64,000 nucleotides of DNA from contig CAWDNU010000001.1 in the NCBI GenBank assembly GCA_963803705.1, positions 32,001-96,000 of the forward strand, read 5' to 3'. The DNA comes from an uncultured Pseudobdellovibrionaceae bacterium (GTDB lineage Bacteria > Bdellovibrionota > Bdellovibrionia > Bdellovibrionales > UBA1609). A program made the translations under genes and the position numbers. This document shows positions 22,040 to 32,526 of the stretch, piece by piece; the first letter of the stretch is position 1; every line of letters starts with the position of its first letter. The notes under the pieces are model-generated. The model was not told the DNA's origin. It was given only the letters and a program-made list of their open reading frames with translations, and ran no database searches.

Positions 22040-22136
22040 TTTGACTCCTTTACAGAATCAAAACTACCTTATCAGACTAAGAAATGGTATTTTTAACTCT
22101 TAGTAGAGCATTTATCGCATAGCCCCAATTAGAGGT

Positions 22137-23747
22137 GTGAGTTTGGATATTATCGGAAAAAAATTTAATTTGAAGGACAAAGATTTTAGATCTAATTATT
22201 TAAATTTAAAATCCATAACTAAAACTTACAAAACACTATTGGCTGAGATTAAAAAAGGCGGCGGTGAAAAACGCGCAGCTAAACATAAAGCTAAAGGTAA
22301 ACTTTTGGCTCGTGAACGAATCGAGGCATTACTCGACCCAGACAGCTCTTTTTTAGAATTCTCTTCGTTAGCGGCTTATAATCTTTACGACAACAAGGCC
22401 CCATCTGCAGGAATAGTGACTGGTATCGGAAATGTCAGCGGTATTCAATGTGTAATCATTGCTAACGATGCCACTGTGAAAGGTGGTAGTTATTACCCAT
22501 TGACAGCAAAAAAACATTTGCGCGCTCAAGAAATCGCTATGGAAAATGGTTTACCCTGTATTTATTTAGTTGATAGCGGAGGTGCTTTTTTACCTTTACA
22601 ATCAGAGGTCTTTCCAGACAGAGATCATTTTGGACGGGTATTTTATAACCAGGCCCAAATGTCAGCGCAAGGTATACCTCAAATTTCTGTAGTTATGGGA
22701 AGTTGTACTGCTGGTGGAGCTTACGTTCCGGCTATGAGCGATGAGAACATTATAGTTAACGGGACAGGTACAATTTTTTTAGGTGGCCCTCCCTTGGTTA
22801 AAGCGGCAACTGGCGAAGTAGTGACCTCAGACGAGCTAGGTGGAGCTAAAGCTCATACAGAACTAAGTGGAGTTGCAGATCATTTTGCTGAAAATGATCT
22901 AGAAGCATTAAAGTTATGCCGAAGCATTTTAGCCAATGCGAATCAAAAAACCAAAGCAGAAGTGCAAATCAAACCACGAGATCCTTTTTACGATCCTGAT
23001 GAAATTTACGGTATAGTTTCCAAAGACCCAAGGAAGCCTTTTGACATTTTAGAAATAATCGCCCGCATCGTAGATGGAAGCGAATTTCACGAATTTAAAT
23101 CAAGGTATGCGAAAACTATTATCACTGGTTTTGCAAATATTTATGGTTACAAGGTTGGAATCATTGCCAACAACGGGATCTTATTTAGCGAAAGCTCTTT
23201 AAAGGCCGCACACTTTATAGATTTGTGCGGGCAACGAAGAATTCCAATTGTTTTTCTACAAAACATAACTGGATTCATGGTTGGAAAAAAATATGAAAAT
23301 GCAGGTATCGCAAAAGATGGTGCTAAGATGGTGATGGCGGTAAGTAACGCTACCGTTCCAAAGTTTACCGTTATAGTTGGTGGCTCTTATGGCGCCGGAA
23401 ACTATGGGATGTGCGGTCGTGCTTATCAACCTAGACAGCTTTGGATGTGGCCCAACGCAAGAATTTCTGTAATGGGCGGAGAACAAGCAGCCAACGTTTT
23501 ATGGGCCGTCAAAAAAGAGCAGATGGAAAAAGCTGGTATGACTATTAAGCCTGATGATGAGATGAACTTGAAAAAACCGATTTTAGAAAAGTATGAGATT
23601 GAAAGTTCGGCCTACTATTCAACAGCAAGACTGTGGGATGATGGAATTATTGATCCTAAAGATACACGGAAGGTCTTAGCATTAGGAATCAGTGCAAGTT
23701 ATAATAAGAAATGGCATGATTCTGTTAAAGGCGTTTATAGAATGTGA
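22137..23747 (+). CDS. liuB: Methylcrotonyl-CoA carboxylase beta subunit
   Basis: [32 protein letters not shown]. Confidence 0.93.
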   Translation: MSLDIIGKKFNLKDKDFRSNYLNLKSITKTYKTLLAEIKKGGGEKRAAKHKAKGKLLARERIEALLDPDSSFLEFSSLAAYNLYDNKAPSAGIVTGIGNVSGIQCVIIANDATVKGGSYYPLTAKKHLRAQEIAMENGLPCIYLVDSGGAFLPLQSEVFPDRDHFGRVFYNQAQMSAQGIPQISVVMGSCTAGGAYVPAMSDENIIVNGTGTIFLGGPPLVKAATGEVVTSDELGGAKAHTELSGVADHFAENDLEALKLCRSILANANQKTKAEVQIKPRDPFYDPDEIYGIVSKDPRKPFDILEIIARIVDGSEFHEFKSRYAKTIITGFANIYGYKVGIIANNGILFSESSLKAAHFIDLCGQRRIPIVFLQNITGFMVGKKYENAGIAKDGAKMVMAVSNATVPKFTVIVGGSYGAGNYGMCGRAYQPRQLWMWPNARISVMGGEQAANVLWAVKKEQMEKAGMTIKPDDEMNLKKPILEKYEIESSAYYSTARLWDDGIIDPKDTRKVLALGISASYNKKWHDSVKGVYRM

Positions 23748-23831
23748 CTTTACATAAAACTTTACCGTGAATTACATGGTTCTGACGAAAATTTACATTT
23801 TTACGAACAGGCTTTATCGAAAGGGGCAAAA

Positions 23832-24596
23832 ATGAAGTTTATTGAATTAAAAAAAACGGATTCTATTTTCTATATTATCTTAAATAGACCAGATAAAAAA
23901 AATGCACTAAATTTTGAATTGATAGAAGAACTATCTAATACATTTATCGAACTTGAAAAAGATGATGCATGCAAATTAATAGTCATCAAAGGATCAGGGG
24001 ATGTTTTTTGTTCTGGCGCAGATCTATCTTGGATGCAAAAACAGATTGATCAAACCTTCGAAGAAAATTTAAACGAGTCCAACATTTTATTTGATATGTT
24101 CAAAAATTTATCTCTTATTACAAAACCAGTGGTAAGTTACGTCCACAAGTACGTAATGGGGGGCGCGATCGGTCTTGTCGCTTGCAGTGATTACTGCTTT
24201 GCTGAAGAGGATACAAAATTTTGCTTTAGCGAAACAAAATTTGGCTTGGCCCCTTCTGTAATAGCGCCTTTTATTTTAAATAAGTGTAATTTTAATCATA
24301 TTCAAAAGCAGATGCTGTTTGCAGAATTTTTTACTGCCAACGAAGCTTATAACATTGGATTAGTTCATTCAGTAGATACCCAGGCTGAACTTTCCAAGAA
24401 GTTCGAAAATTTTTTAAAGCATCTTGCAAGCTTAGATCTTGCCGCCGTTAGGGAAGCAAAAAAAATGATTTTAGAGATAAGAAAAAGTAGTTTTGAAGAT
24501 CACAGAAATATTACGACCAACTTAATTTCTAAATTGCGTGTTCAGGACGAAGCCCAGGGTCGACTCAAAAAGTTTCTGGAGAAAACAGATTCATGA
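23832..24596 (+). CDS. liuC: Methylglutaconyl-CoA hydratase (crotonase family)
   Basis: LNRPDKKNAL, FCSGADL, FSETKFGL; cluster context. Confidence 0.85.
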   Translation: MKFIELKKTDSIFYIILNRPDKKNALNFELIEELSNTFIELEKDDACKLIVIKGSGDVFCSGADLSWMQKQIDQTFEENLNESNILFDMFKNLSLITKPVVSYVHKYVMGGAIGLVACSDYCFAEEDTKFCFSETKFGLAPSVIAPFILNKCNFNHIQKQMLFAEFFTANEAYNIGLVHSVDTQAELSKKFENFLKHLASLDLAAVREAKKMILEIRKSSFEDHRNITTNLISKLRVQDEAQGRLKKFLEKTDS

Positions 24597-26443
24597 AAAG
24601 CATTCAAAAAATTGCTATAGCTAACAGAGGCGAAGTTGCATGTAGAATTCACCGGACCTGCCTTAAGCTGGGAATCAAAACGGTGCTGCTTCATTCTGAA
24701 CCAGACGTAAAAACTTTAGCCTATAGAATATGTGATGAAACCTACTGTATTGGCTTAGGTTCAGCCTCTGAAAGCTATTTAAATATTGAAGCACAAATAT
24801 CTGCAGCAAAAAAATGCGGCGCTGACGCCATTCACCCAGGATTTGGATTTTTGTCAGAAAACGCTGAATTCGCAAAGAAAACAATAGAGGCCGGTCTTAT
24901 ATTCATTGGACCAAGTCCAGAATGCATAGAAATGTTTGGTGATAAAATAAGAGCAAAAGCTTTATGTAAAGCTGCTGAAATACCCATGGTTCCAGGCTTT
25001 CAAAGCCAAAGTGCAAGTCTTGAAACCTTAATTATAGAATCAGAAAAAATTGGTTATCCAGTTTTGGTTAAGGCTGCGGCTGGTGGTGGCGGACGTGGAA
25101 TGCGTTTAATTTTAGACCAAGCTAGCGCAAAGCAGCAGATAGAAAGTGCAATGAATGAAGCCTTAAAAGCTTTTGGCAATGAAACAGTCTTTTTAGAAAA
25201 ATTTTTAGATCATGCTAAACACATTGAGGTTCAAATTTTTGGAGATGTAAATGGACATATCTATATTTTAGGGGAAAGAGAGTGCTCTGTTCAACGAAAG
25301 CACCAAAAGATTATTGAAGAAACTCCTTCACCTTCTTTATCCGAGCCTCAAAGAAAAGAAGTTTTTTCTTATGCACGAAAAATTGGGATTCAAGGTCATT
25401 ACCAAAGCGCTGGAACAGTTGAATTTATGTTTCAGGACCAAAAATTTTATTTTTTAGAAGTAAATACCCGTTTGCAAGTTGAACACACTGTAACAGAGGA
25501 AGTTTTAGGAATTGACTTGGTAGAAGCCCAAATTCTGACAGCTGATAGTAAACTCGTCCAATTACCATACAATTTATCGCCCAAAGGCCACTCTGTAGAG
25601 TTAAGGTTATACGCCGAGGACCCTTATCAAGGAGGGATCCCAAGCACAGGTACACTTGGAACTTTGCACCTACCTTTAGCTAATGGCCGAAGATTAGAAA
25701 TTGGAGTTGAACCTAAAGATGAGGTAACACCATTTTATGACTCAATGATTGGTAAAATGATTTCAACTCAAAGAACCAGGATAGAAGCAATTAATGATCT
25801 GATTGAATGGATTAACGATTCTGTTGTTTTTGGTGTTCAAACAAATCTGCCGTTGTTGAAGAAAATACTTAACCACCCGGAATTTGTGATTGGTGATATG
25901 AGCACTAATTTTTTTGACACTTATTTTAAGAATAGCCTTGTATATTCAACATCCAAAGAGGACCAAGACTATATAGAACTTGAGCTGGTTAAAATAAATG
26001 AGCTAAATAAAATACAATATATTGGCCACGATTCCAATAAAATTAAAAATTCTCCGTGGAGTCAAAATTGGCGTAATAAAGAATTATATGCGCCACTGGA
26101 ACTAAATTTGTCTAATCTAGACTTTCAGCAAATTGGACGCTCACTGTGGTGGAAAAAAAATAATGAAATTTTCAAATTTGATTCCATAAACAGACTTGTC
26201 GCTACATCCGATATTGCTGACGGATTGATTAAATCTACGATGCCAGGATCAATTTTTAAAATTCTTTGCTCCCCGGGCCAGAACGTGAAAGCAGGGCAGA
26301 CTCTAATTATTATTGAGGCCATGAAGATGGAGCATTCAATCAAAGCAGACTCACGCGGTGTCGTTAAAGCTGTTAATTTTCTTGAAGGAGACACCGTGCA
26401 AGATGATGATGTTTTGTTAGAGCTTGAACCGTCTAAAAATTAA
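24593..26443 (+). CDS. liuD: Methylcrotonyl-CoA carboxylase alpha subunit
   Basis: IANRGE, GGGGRGMR, EVNTRLQVEH; biotin site EAMKM. Confidence 0.92.
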   Translation: MKSIQKIAIANRGEVACRIHRTCLKLGIKTVLLHSEPDVKTLAYRICDETYCIGLGSASESYLNIEAQISAAKKCGADAIHPGFGFLSENAEFAKKTIEAGLIFIGPSPECIEMFGDKIRAKALCKAAEIPMVPGFQSQSASLETLIIESEKIGYPVLVKAAAGGGGRGMRLILDQASAKQQIESAMNEALKAFGNETVFLEKFLDHAKHIEVQIFGDVNGHIYILGERECSVQRKHQKIIEETPSPSLSEPQRKEVFSYARKIGIQGHYQSAGTVEFMFQDQKFYFLEVNTRLQVEHTVTEEVLGIDLVEAQILTADSKLVQLPYNLSPKGHSVELRLYAEDPYQGGIPSTGTLGTLHLPLANGRRLEIGVEPKDEVTPFYDSMIGKMISTQRTRIEAINDLIEWINDSVVFGVQTNLPLLKKILNHPEFVIGDMSTNFFDTYFKNSLVYSTSKEDQDYIELELVKINELNKIQYIGHDSNKIKNSPWSQNWRNKELYAPLELNLSNLDFQQIGRSLWWKKNNEIFKFDSINRLVATSDIADGLIKSTMPGSIFKILCSPGQNVKAGQTLIIIEAMKMEHSIKADSRGVVKAVNFLEGDTVQDDDVLLELEPSKN

Positions 26444-26463
26444 TTCAATAAACAGAGGGAATT

Positions 26464-27363
26464 GTGAAGAAAACTATCAAAATTGTGGAAGTAGGACCTA
26501 GGGATGGTTTGCAAAATGAACTTATCATTTTGGACCCCAAAATAAAGGCAGAATTTATTTCAAGACTTTCTAGAACTGGTATTAAGCACATCGAAGTTGG
26601 TGCGCTGGTTTCGCCAAAGTGGGTTCCTCAAATGGAGGGCTCGGAATTAATTTTTAAAAAGTTTGCCAAAGAAAATACAAAAGGTATAAGTTACTCACTG
26701 CTTGTTCCCAACTTAAAAGGTCTTGATAAAGCCATCGATAGTGGTGCTAAAGAGGTGGCAATTTTTGCTGCGGCATCAGAAACTTTTAGTAAGAAAAATA
26801 TTAACTGTTCAATAAAAGAAAGTTTTGATCGATTTTCTTCAGTGATGAAAAAAGCTAAATCTGAAAAAATAAAAGTACGAGGATACTTGAGCACTGTTTT
26901 TGAATGCCCTTTCGAAGGGCCTATAAAGCCTTCAGTGGTGTCTAACTTAACTAAAAAGCTGCTCGATATTGGCTGTTACGAAGTTTCCCTGGGCGATACC
27001 ACCGGAGTTGGTACACCAAATAACGTAGAAGATTTATCTAAGTCTTTGAAGAAAAAAAACATCCTAACTTCAAAAATAGCCATGCACTTTCACAATACTC
27101 GAGGTACGGCTTTGGCAAATGTTTTAAAGAGTTTAGATCTTGGGTATCGAAATTTTGACGCCAGTGTAGGTGGATTAGGCGGATGCCCTTATGCTCCGGG
27201 GGCGTTGGGAAATTTGGCTACTGAAGACCTTGTATATTTTCTAGAGCGAATGGGTTTTGAAACAGGTATCAATCTGAAGAAATTGATTTTAGTTCACCAC
27301 TGGATTCAAAGTGTAATTGGTAGACCGCTTTCTTCACACATGGGGCGCTCTGGATTGGCTTAG
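26464..27363 (+). CDS. liuE: Hydroxymethylglutaryl-CoA lyase
   Basis: EVGPRDGLQNE, HFHNT, GLGGCPYAPGA. Confidence 0.94.
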   Translation: MKKTIKIVEVGPRDGLQNELIILDPKIKAEFISRLSRTGIKHIEVGALVSPKWVPQMEGSELIFKKFAKENTKGISYSLLVPNLKGLDKAIDSGAKEVAIFAAASETFSKKNINCSIKESFDRFSSVMKKAKSEKIKVRGYLSTVFECPFEGPIKPSVVSNLTKKLLDIGCYEVSLGDTTGVGTPNNVEDLSKSLKKKNILTSKIAMHFHNTRGTALANVLKSLDLGYRNFDASVGGLGGCPYAPGALGNLATEDLVYFLERMGFETGINLKKLILVHHWIQSVIGRPLSSHMGRSGLA

Positions 27364-27414
27364 TTACCATTTAGGTGCCTAAATAGCGCAGGATTCGGAA
27401 GCGGGTACTTAAAA

Positions 27415-28188
27415 CTAAATATTTTTTTGGTAGCTTATTCGGATTCCTTGTAAAACAAGATCTGAAATCTCTACATCAAACAGATCTTCATCTTTAAATA
27501 ACTGTGCTAATCCACCGGTTGCTATGACCACAGGTTTTTGCTTATCACCAAAAGTTTCTGCTTTGATACGATTTAAGATCTCACGAACAGCGCCTAATGT
27601 CCCAAAATACAACCCTGACTGAATTGATTCAACGGTACTTTTGCCAACAGCTGATTTGGGCTTAGTTATCTGGACAGAGGGAAGTTTCGCTGTTCGATCT
27701 TCCAGCGCTTCTGCATTAATTTTTATACCCGCTAAAATAGCACCACCTAAATACTCTTTATCTTTGTTCACAGCGTCTACAGTTGTAGCTGTTCCAAAAT
27801 CTATAATGAGTAAATCCTGGTTTGGGAATCCTTCACAAGCAGCTATAGCTGTGGAGATCCGATCCGATCCAACTTCTTTGGGATTTGCTAGCTTTATTTT
27901 AATACCCGTTTTGACGCCGGTATCTAGAAAGAATGGTGTTTTCTTAAAATACTTTAAGATTGCATTTCTAAGTGAGTAATCTTGGCTTGGCACTACAGAG
28001 CAAATTCCTACTTGCTTTATATTTTTAGGATCGTATCCATTTTCCGAAATAACAGATTTTAAAAATAGGCCAATTTCGTCGGATGTACGTACTTCAGACG
28101 TTGTTAATCTAAAGTCATGAACTAGCGCTTTATCTTTATATAGGCCGCCATAAATTTGAGTGTTACCTACATCTAAACATAGCATCAT
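27415..28188 (-). CDS. coaX: Type III pantothenate kinase
   Basis: LDVGNT, VGSDR, IIDFGTATT, ATGG. Confidence 0.94.
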   Translation of the reverse strand: MMLCLDVGNTQIYGGLYKDKALVHDFRLTTSEVRTSDEIGLFLKSVISENGYDPKNIKQVGICSVVPSQDYSLRNAILKYFKKTPFFLDTGVKTGIKIKLANPKEVGSDRISTAIAACEGFPNQDLLIIDFGTATTVDAVNKDKEYLGGAILAGIKINAEALEDRTAKLPSVQITKPKSAVGKSTVESIQSGLYFGTLGAVREILNRIKAETFGDKQKPVVIATGGLAQLFKDEDLFDVEISDLVLQGIRISYQKNI

Positions 28189-29440
28189 ATGCTGGGCCCT
28201 TCCTCTAAAATTTTAGAAATATCTTCAGCCATACTTTTTTTACTGCTTCCGTGAAATAAAAGGCCAGACAAATTATAAATTTCGTAGCTGTGTTTCTGGT
28301 CTGATATGTTTTCAAGGGAATTAACAACAACGCAGTGGGAATCTTTTAAAATTTTTTCTATTTCGCTTTGAACTATTTCTTCGTCATCTGTTCGCAAAAG
28401 CTTAAAGCCTACAGTTTTAATATTCTTGTTTAAAGAGACGTTTCTAATATTTTCGATTAGTTTTTCATTTTTTTTAAATTCAATAGTAAATTTTTCGCTA
28501 GAGGATATCTTCTCGGTCATTGGAAGTTTTAAGGACTTTTCATTGAAGTGAATCACACTAGGTGAGTAATCACTAACTGCAGCCAAATGAATAATAGCGT
28601 CAAAGTGATTTTCAGAAAGTAATCTGTTTAGCTTAGTTTTTAATTCTGAAAACGATACGAAGTGCTCTACGTAGATTTGATCTTCAATTTCAGATATTTT
28701 TGAATTCATACTTTTTGCGCCTAAAAGGTAAACTTCATTATTTTTAGCTAAATGCCTGCAGATTTGTAACCCCGTATCTCCTGTGCTGACATTAGTGATC
28801 TGTCTAACTGGATCAATTGATTCTGAAGTTCCCCCTGCAGTTATCAAAATTTTTTTTCTGTTACCTATGCTTGATCTGTGCAGATCGCGCTTTACTGGAT
28901 TTAGGGAGTTTAGAGCATTCTGAATATAACTGAGTATTTGATCGGGTTCGACCAGGCGACCCGAACCAGTGTGTCCGCAAGCCAAATGTCCTGGCTCGCC
29001 GAAAAAAAAGGATATATTCATAGATTTTAAATTCTGAATAGCCCTTTGAATCGGGATTGATTCAAGCATCCGAGTGTTCATTGCTGGAAAAATTAGATAG
29101 GGTTTAGCTGGATCCTTTGATAAAGCTAATGTGGTCACTATATTGTCTGATATACCTGCAGAAATCTTTGCAAGCGTATTTGCAGAAGCCGGACACAAAA
29201 CTGTTAGATCGCACCAATCGTTCAGATGAATGTGCGACATCATTTCACCGGACTCATACAAATTGGAGTACACTGCCGATCCAGTTAAGCCCTCGATAGT
29301 AGCCTTTCCTATAAATCGAAGATGCATCGTTTGTAGCCACCACTTTCACCATGTGGCCTTTTTGAACCAATTTAGAGATTACTTCGCACGACTTGTAACA
29401 GGCGATTGAACCAGACATCTTAAAAAGAATATTCTTAGCA
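28185..29440 (-). CDS. coaBC: CoaBC portion (PPC decarboxylase/synthetase); its N-terminus is in frame with panC, with one extra base near 29322
   Basis: KNILFKMSGSIACYKS, PASANTLAK, PAMN, GHLACG, ITAGGTSESIDPVR, AAVSDY. Confidence 0.9.
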
Positions 29441-30351
29441 ATTTGGCTATCTTCGCCTTTAACTTGTAACAATTGTTTAGATTCCAAACTCAATCCAATT
29501 TTATTGGTGCTGAAAGAAGGTTCAGTCCGATCAGTTGAATTCACATCAAGCTCTTTTTTTGTTTTTGCGTTAGATTGTAAAGATCGATTATCTATCAACC
29601 GTATATTACCGATCGTTACTGCAACGAACTTTCTACCCCATTTCTCTTTCAGATAATCTATTTTTAAATCTAGCTTTTCTAAGTTGGTGCGAATAATTTC
29701 CAAATTGTCTGAGCTTGCAAAAATTTGTGCATATTTATCCGCAAGTTCCTTCTGGTTAACAGTGAGGTTTAAGTTTCTTGAACTTAGCGCTAACCCTGAC
29801 TCCTCTCTTACTGTCTCTACACCATGAACATCAAGTTTTAAAAACATATCCTTTGCCATGTTTTTAACAAGCATATATTGCTGATAATCTTTCAAACCCA
29901 TGTAAACGTTTGTAGGTTGAACTAAATTAAAAAGCTTAATAAGCACGGTGAGCACTCCATCAAAATGACCTGGTCTGTTTAGTCCACACAAGTCCATTGA
30001 ATTTTCTTTTTCAGTTAATTTATAAGTATAACCATTGGGGTAAATTTCATGCTCTGTTGGAACAAAAACAGCATTTACGCCCATTCGCACCAAAGCTTCT
30101 ATGTCTGAACTTAGGTGATTTGGATAAGACTTAAAGTCACTTCTGTCATTGAATTGGGCAGGATTAACAAAAATACTAACTACAGTAATTTTATTTTGTC
30201 TTAATGACCTATCAACCAATTCAAAATGGCCACGATGCAAAGAACCCATCGTCGGGACAAACCCAATACTAGTCTTAGCATCACCTGATTCAGACAAAAT
30301 CTGTTTCTTGTAATTTTCTAAATCTGCGACGGTCTTTAAGATGCTAATCAT
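29441..30351 (-). CDS. panC: Pantoate--beta-alanine ligase portion, no stop before coaBC
   Basis: FVPTMGSLHRGH, SIFVNPAQF, RPGHFDGV, KDYQQ, LALSSRN, RLIDN. Confidence 0.92.
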
Positions 30352-31129
30352 AACGCTCACTTACTGAAGGAAATTCTTGGCTATGCACATCACTCACATA
30401 CTTATCCACACTTGATCGAATTAATTCTGCTCCATTTAAATATTGTCTCACAAACTTAGCTTTGAATTCAGTAAGTCCTAAAAAATCATGAAGCACCAAA
30501 ATTTGACCATCAGTTTTAGCGCCAGCACCGATGCCAATTGTTGGAATTCTTAGTTCATCAGTAATTGCAGCTGCTAGCTCGTCAGGAATACACTCGAGCA
30601 CCATTGCAAAAACACCTAAAGATTGCAGTTCCAAAGCCCAACTTAAGATCTGGGCTTTGGCAATGTCTGATTTACCTTGAACTTTAAAGCCACCGTAACT
30701 TTGGACATGTTGAGGCATTAAACCCAAATGACCCATCACTGGCACCCCGATTTGCACCAGGCTTTTTATCCTTTTCTGATGGCCTTCAACACCTTCTATT
30801 TTTAATGCGTTAGCACCACACGCCATCAGACTTTTCACTGCATTAAAAAAGATATCGTCAGACATTTGCATAAGTCCAAAGGGCAAGTCGCAAACTATAA
30901 ACTTTTTTGGAGCCCCCCTTACTACTGCCCTGCACATTTGCTCTAAGCTTAAAACGCTTGCGCCCAATGTGTTGTACTCACCATGTATAACCATGGATGA
31001 GCTATCACCAACAAGTATTGCATCTACTTTTGACTTTTCTAAAACTCGAGCAAAGGTGTAATCGTAGCAAGTTAACATACTAATTTTTATTTTTTTATTC
31101 TTCTTTATATTCCAGTCTTCAATTTTCAC
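30344..31129 (-). CDS. panB: 3-methyl-2-oxobutanoate hydroxymethyltransferase
   Basis: MLTCYD, ILVGDS, GHLGLMPQ, GIGAG, DGQILV; AGGAG before GTG 31129. Confidence 0.95.
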   Translation of the reverse strand: MKIEDWNIKKNKKIKISMLTCYDYTFARVLEKSKVDAILVGDSSSMVIHGEYNTLGASVLSLEQMCRAVVRGAPKKFIVCDLPFGLMQMSDDIFFNAVKSLMACGANALKIEGVEGHQKRIKSLVQIGVPVMGHLGLMPQHVQSYGGFKVQGKSDIAKAQILSWALELQSLGVFAMVLECIPDELAAAITDELRIPTIGIGAGAKTDGQILVLHDFLGLTEFKAKFVRQYLNGAELIRSSVDKYVSDVHSQEFPSVSERYD

Positions 31130-31847
31130 GGGTAAATAGCTCCTGTTCAAAAAGATTTTCCATCTGTTCATAAATTTTTAATAAAACAGGATTTTGATTT
31201 TCTAAGGTTTGCTTGTGTTTCAAAATTGATAAATTATCTCGTCTAATCATAGGTCCCGTCAGTCTGGACTCAGAATTATCTTTGAAAACGGAATCGATCG
31301 ATGCCTTTACTAAAATTTCGTAATCCTTAAATACCAAATCTAAAGGGAAATTTTTCTTTACTGTCTGCAAGTAAAGCTGACTAAAGTTACCTAAAAGTAC
31401 TGCCATGCAGTGATATTTGGTTTTCAAATTCGCAGGTATGTACCTTATATTTTTCAGCTTCTTTTTATGTTGATAGTAAAAATCTTCACTATCGGTGTAG
31501 ATTGGAATACACTCATAATCTAAAATTTTTGCATCTTGAGAAAAGGTCATTAAAGGATGCAGACCAATTATTCCAGCGAAGCTTAAAGCGCCAGATAAAT
31601 GGTAAAAATGCGCTTTTTCAGAAAATTTAGATTTAAGACTTCTATATACCTCTAAAATACTGTTATCAGAAACAGCCAAAAATACAGCTTTGGGTTCGGT
31701 TGAGGAATAACCAAAATCAAATAAAGTATCTCTATCACAAAATATAAAATTATCGTGCAGAAGCGAAAAGAGTTTTGGAACGTGAGAAGAGATTTGCCCT
31801 TTGCCAACAACCAGTGCATTAGAAACTATCGTAGTGTTTAAGCTCAT
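31119..31847 (-). CDS. DUF2520/Rossmann-like protein, probable alternative ketopantoate reductase (PanG-like)
   Basis: FLAVSD, HLSGA, LHPLMTF, YH and LTGP motifs; directly upstream of panB. Confidence 0.7.
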   Translation of the reverse strand: MSLNTTIVSNALVVGKGQISSHVPKLFSLLHDNFIFCDRDTLFDFGYSSTEPKAVFLAVSDNSILEVYRSLKSKFSEKAHFYHLSGALSFAGIIGLHPLMTFSQDAKILDYECIPIYTDSEDFYYQHKKKLKNIRYIPANLKTKYHCMAVLLGNFSQLYLQTVKKNFPLDLVFKDYEILVKASIDSVFKDNSESRLTGPMIRRDNLSILKHKQTLENQNPVLLKIYEQMENLFEQELFTREN

Positions 31848-31933
31848 AAGTACCTGTCCCAGAGATCAAGTCTTTGATCACTTTTTATCTAAACTCGACA
31901 CGGGGGTCAATCTGATATATAAGATTAAGCCTA

Positions 31934-32473
31934 ATGAAGTATAAAGCTCCGCCAACAGAATCTATTCTACTGCTGTTTTCTTTTGTTGTGACGGGAATCG
32001 CTGTTTTATTTATATTCAAGCCCCAAGCTCAACAACATCCTAAACTGATCAAGTGGAGCAAAAGTCCAAGTATTCAAAAAATCCTATCTAACACTGCCCG
32101 CAGGATGTATCCGATCTTAGCTGAAAGTAGAGAGCTTGTGATAGTAGCCCCTATGGGCGACAGTGTTGAAAGCTACCAAGTCCAACAAGAATTTCAGAAA
32201 ACTACAAATATACCCATATCTATTGATGAATCGGACAAAAACCGTCTTATTTTGTTTTCAGAAAAAGAGCAAATCATAATTCTAAATCTAAAATTTCATG
32301 AGATGAGTCCAAAGCAAGAGGTGCCAACCTCTTTCTTTGATTATAGCAATTTAATAAAAATTGTTAAAGAACTTGATTCGCCTATTCTGAAAGATACCTA
32401 CATCTTTGCTTTATATCAAACTGGAGAAAAAACCTATAACCTTGATATTTTGAATTTTGTTAAATCAAGCTAG
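31934..32473 (+). CDS. Hypothetical protein with N-terminal TM
   Basis: 179-aa ORF with a single hydrophobic segment. Confidence 0.6.
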   Translation: MKYKAPPTESILLLFSFVVTGIAVLFIFKPQAQQHPKLIKWSKSPSIQKILSNTARRMYPILAESRELVIVAPMGDSVESYQVQQEFQKTTNIPISIDESDKNRLILFSEKEQIIILNLKFHEMSPKQEVPTSFFDYSNLIKIVKELDSPILKDTYIFALYQTGEKTYNLDILNFVKSS

Positions 32474-32526
32474 TTAGTTTGATAATACTGCTGGTGATTT
32501 TACAGCAGCAATACTAAACACTATTT

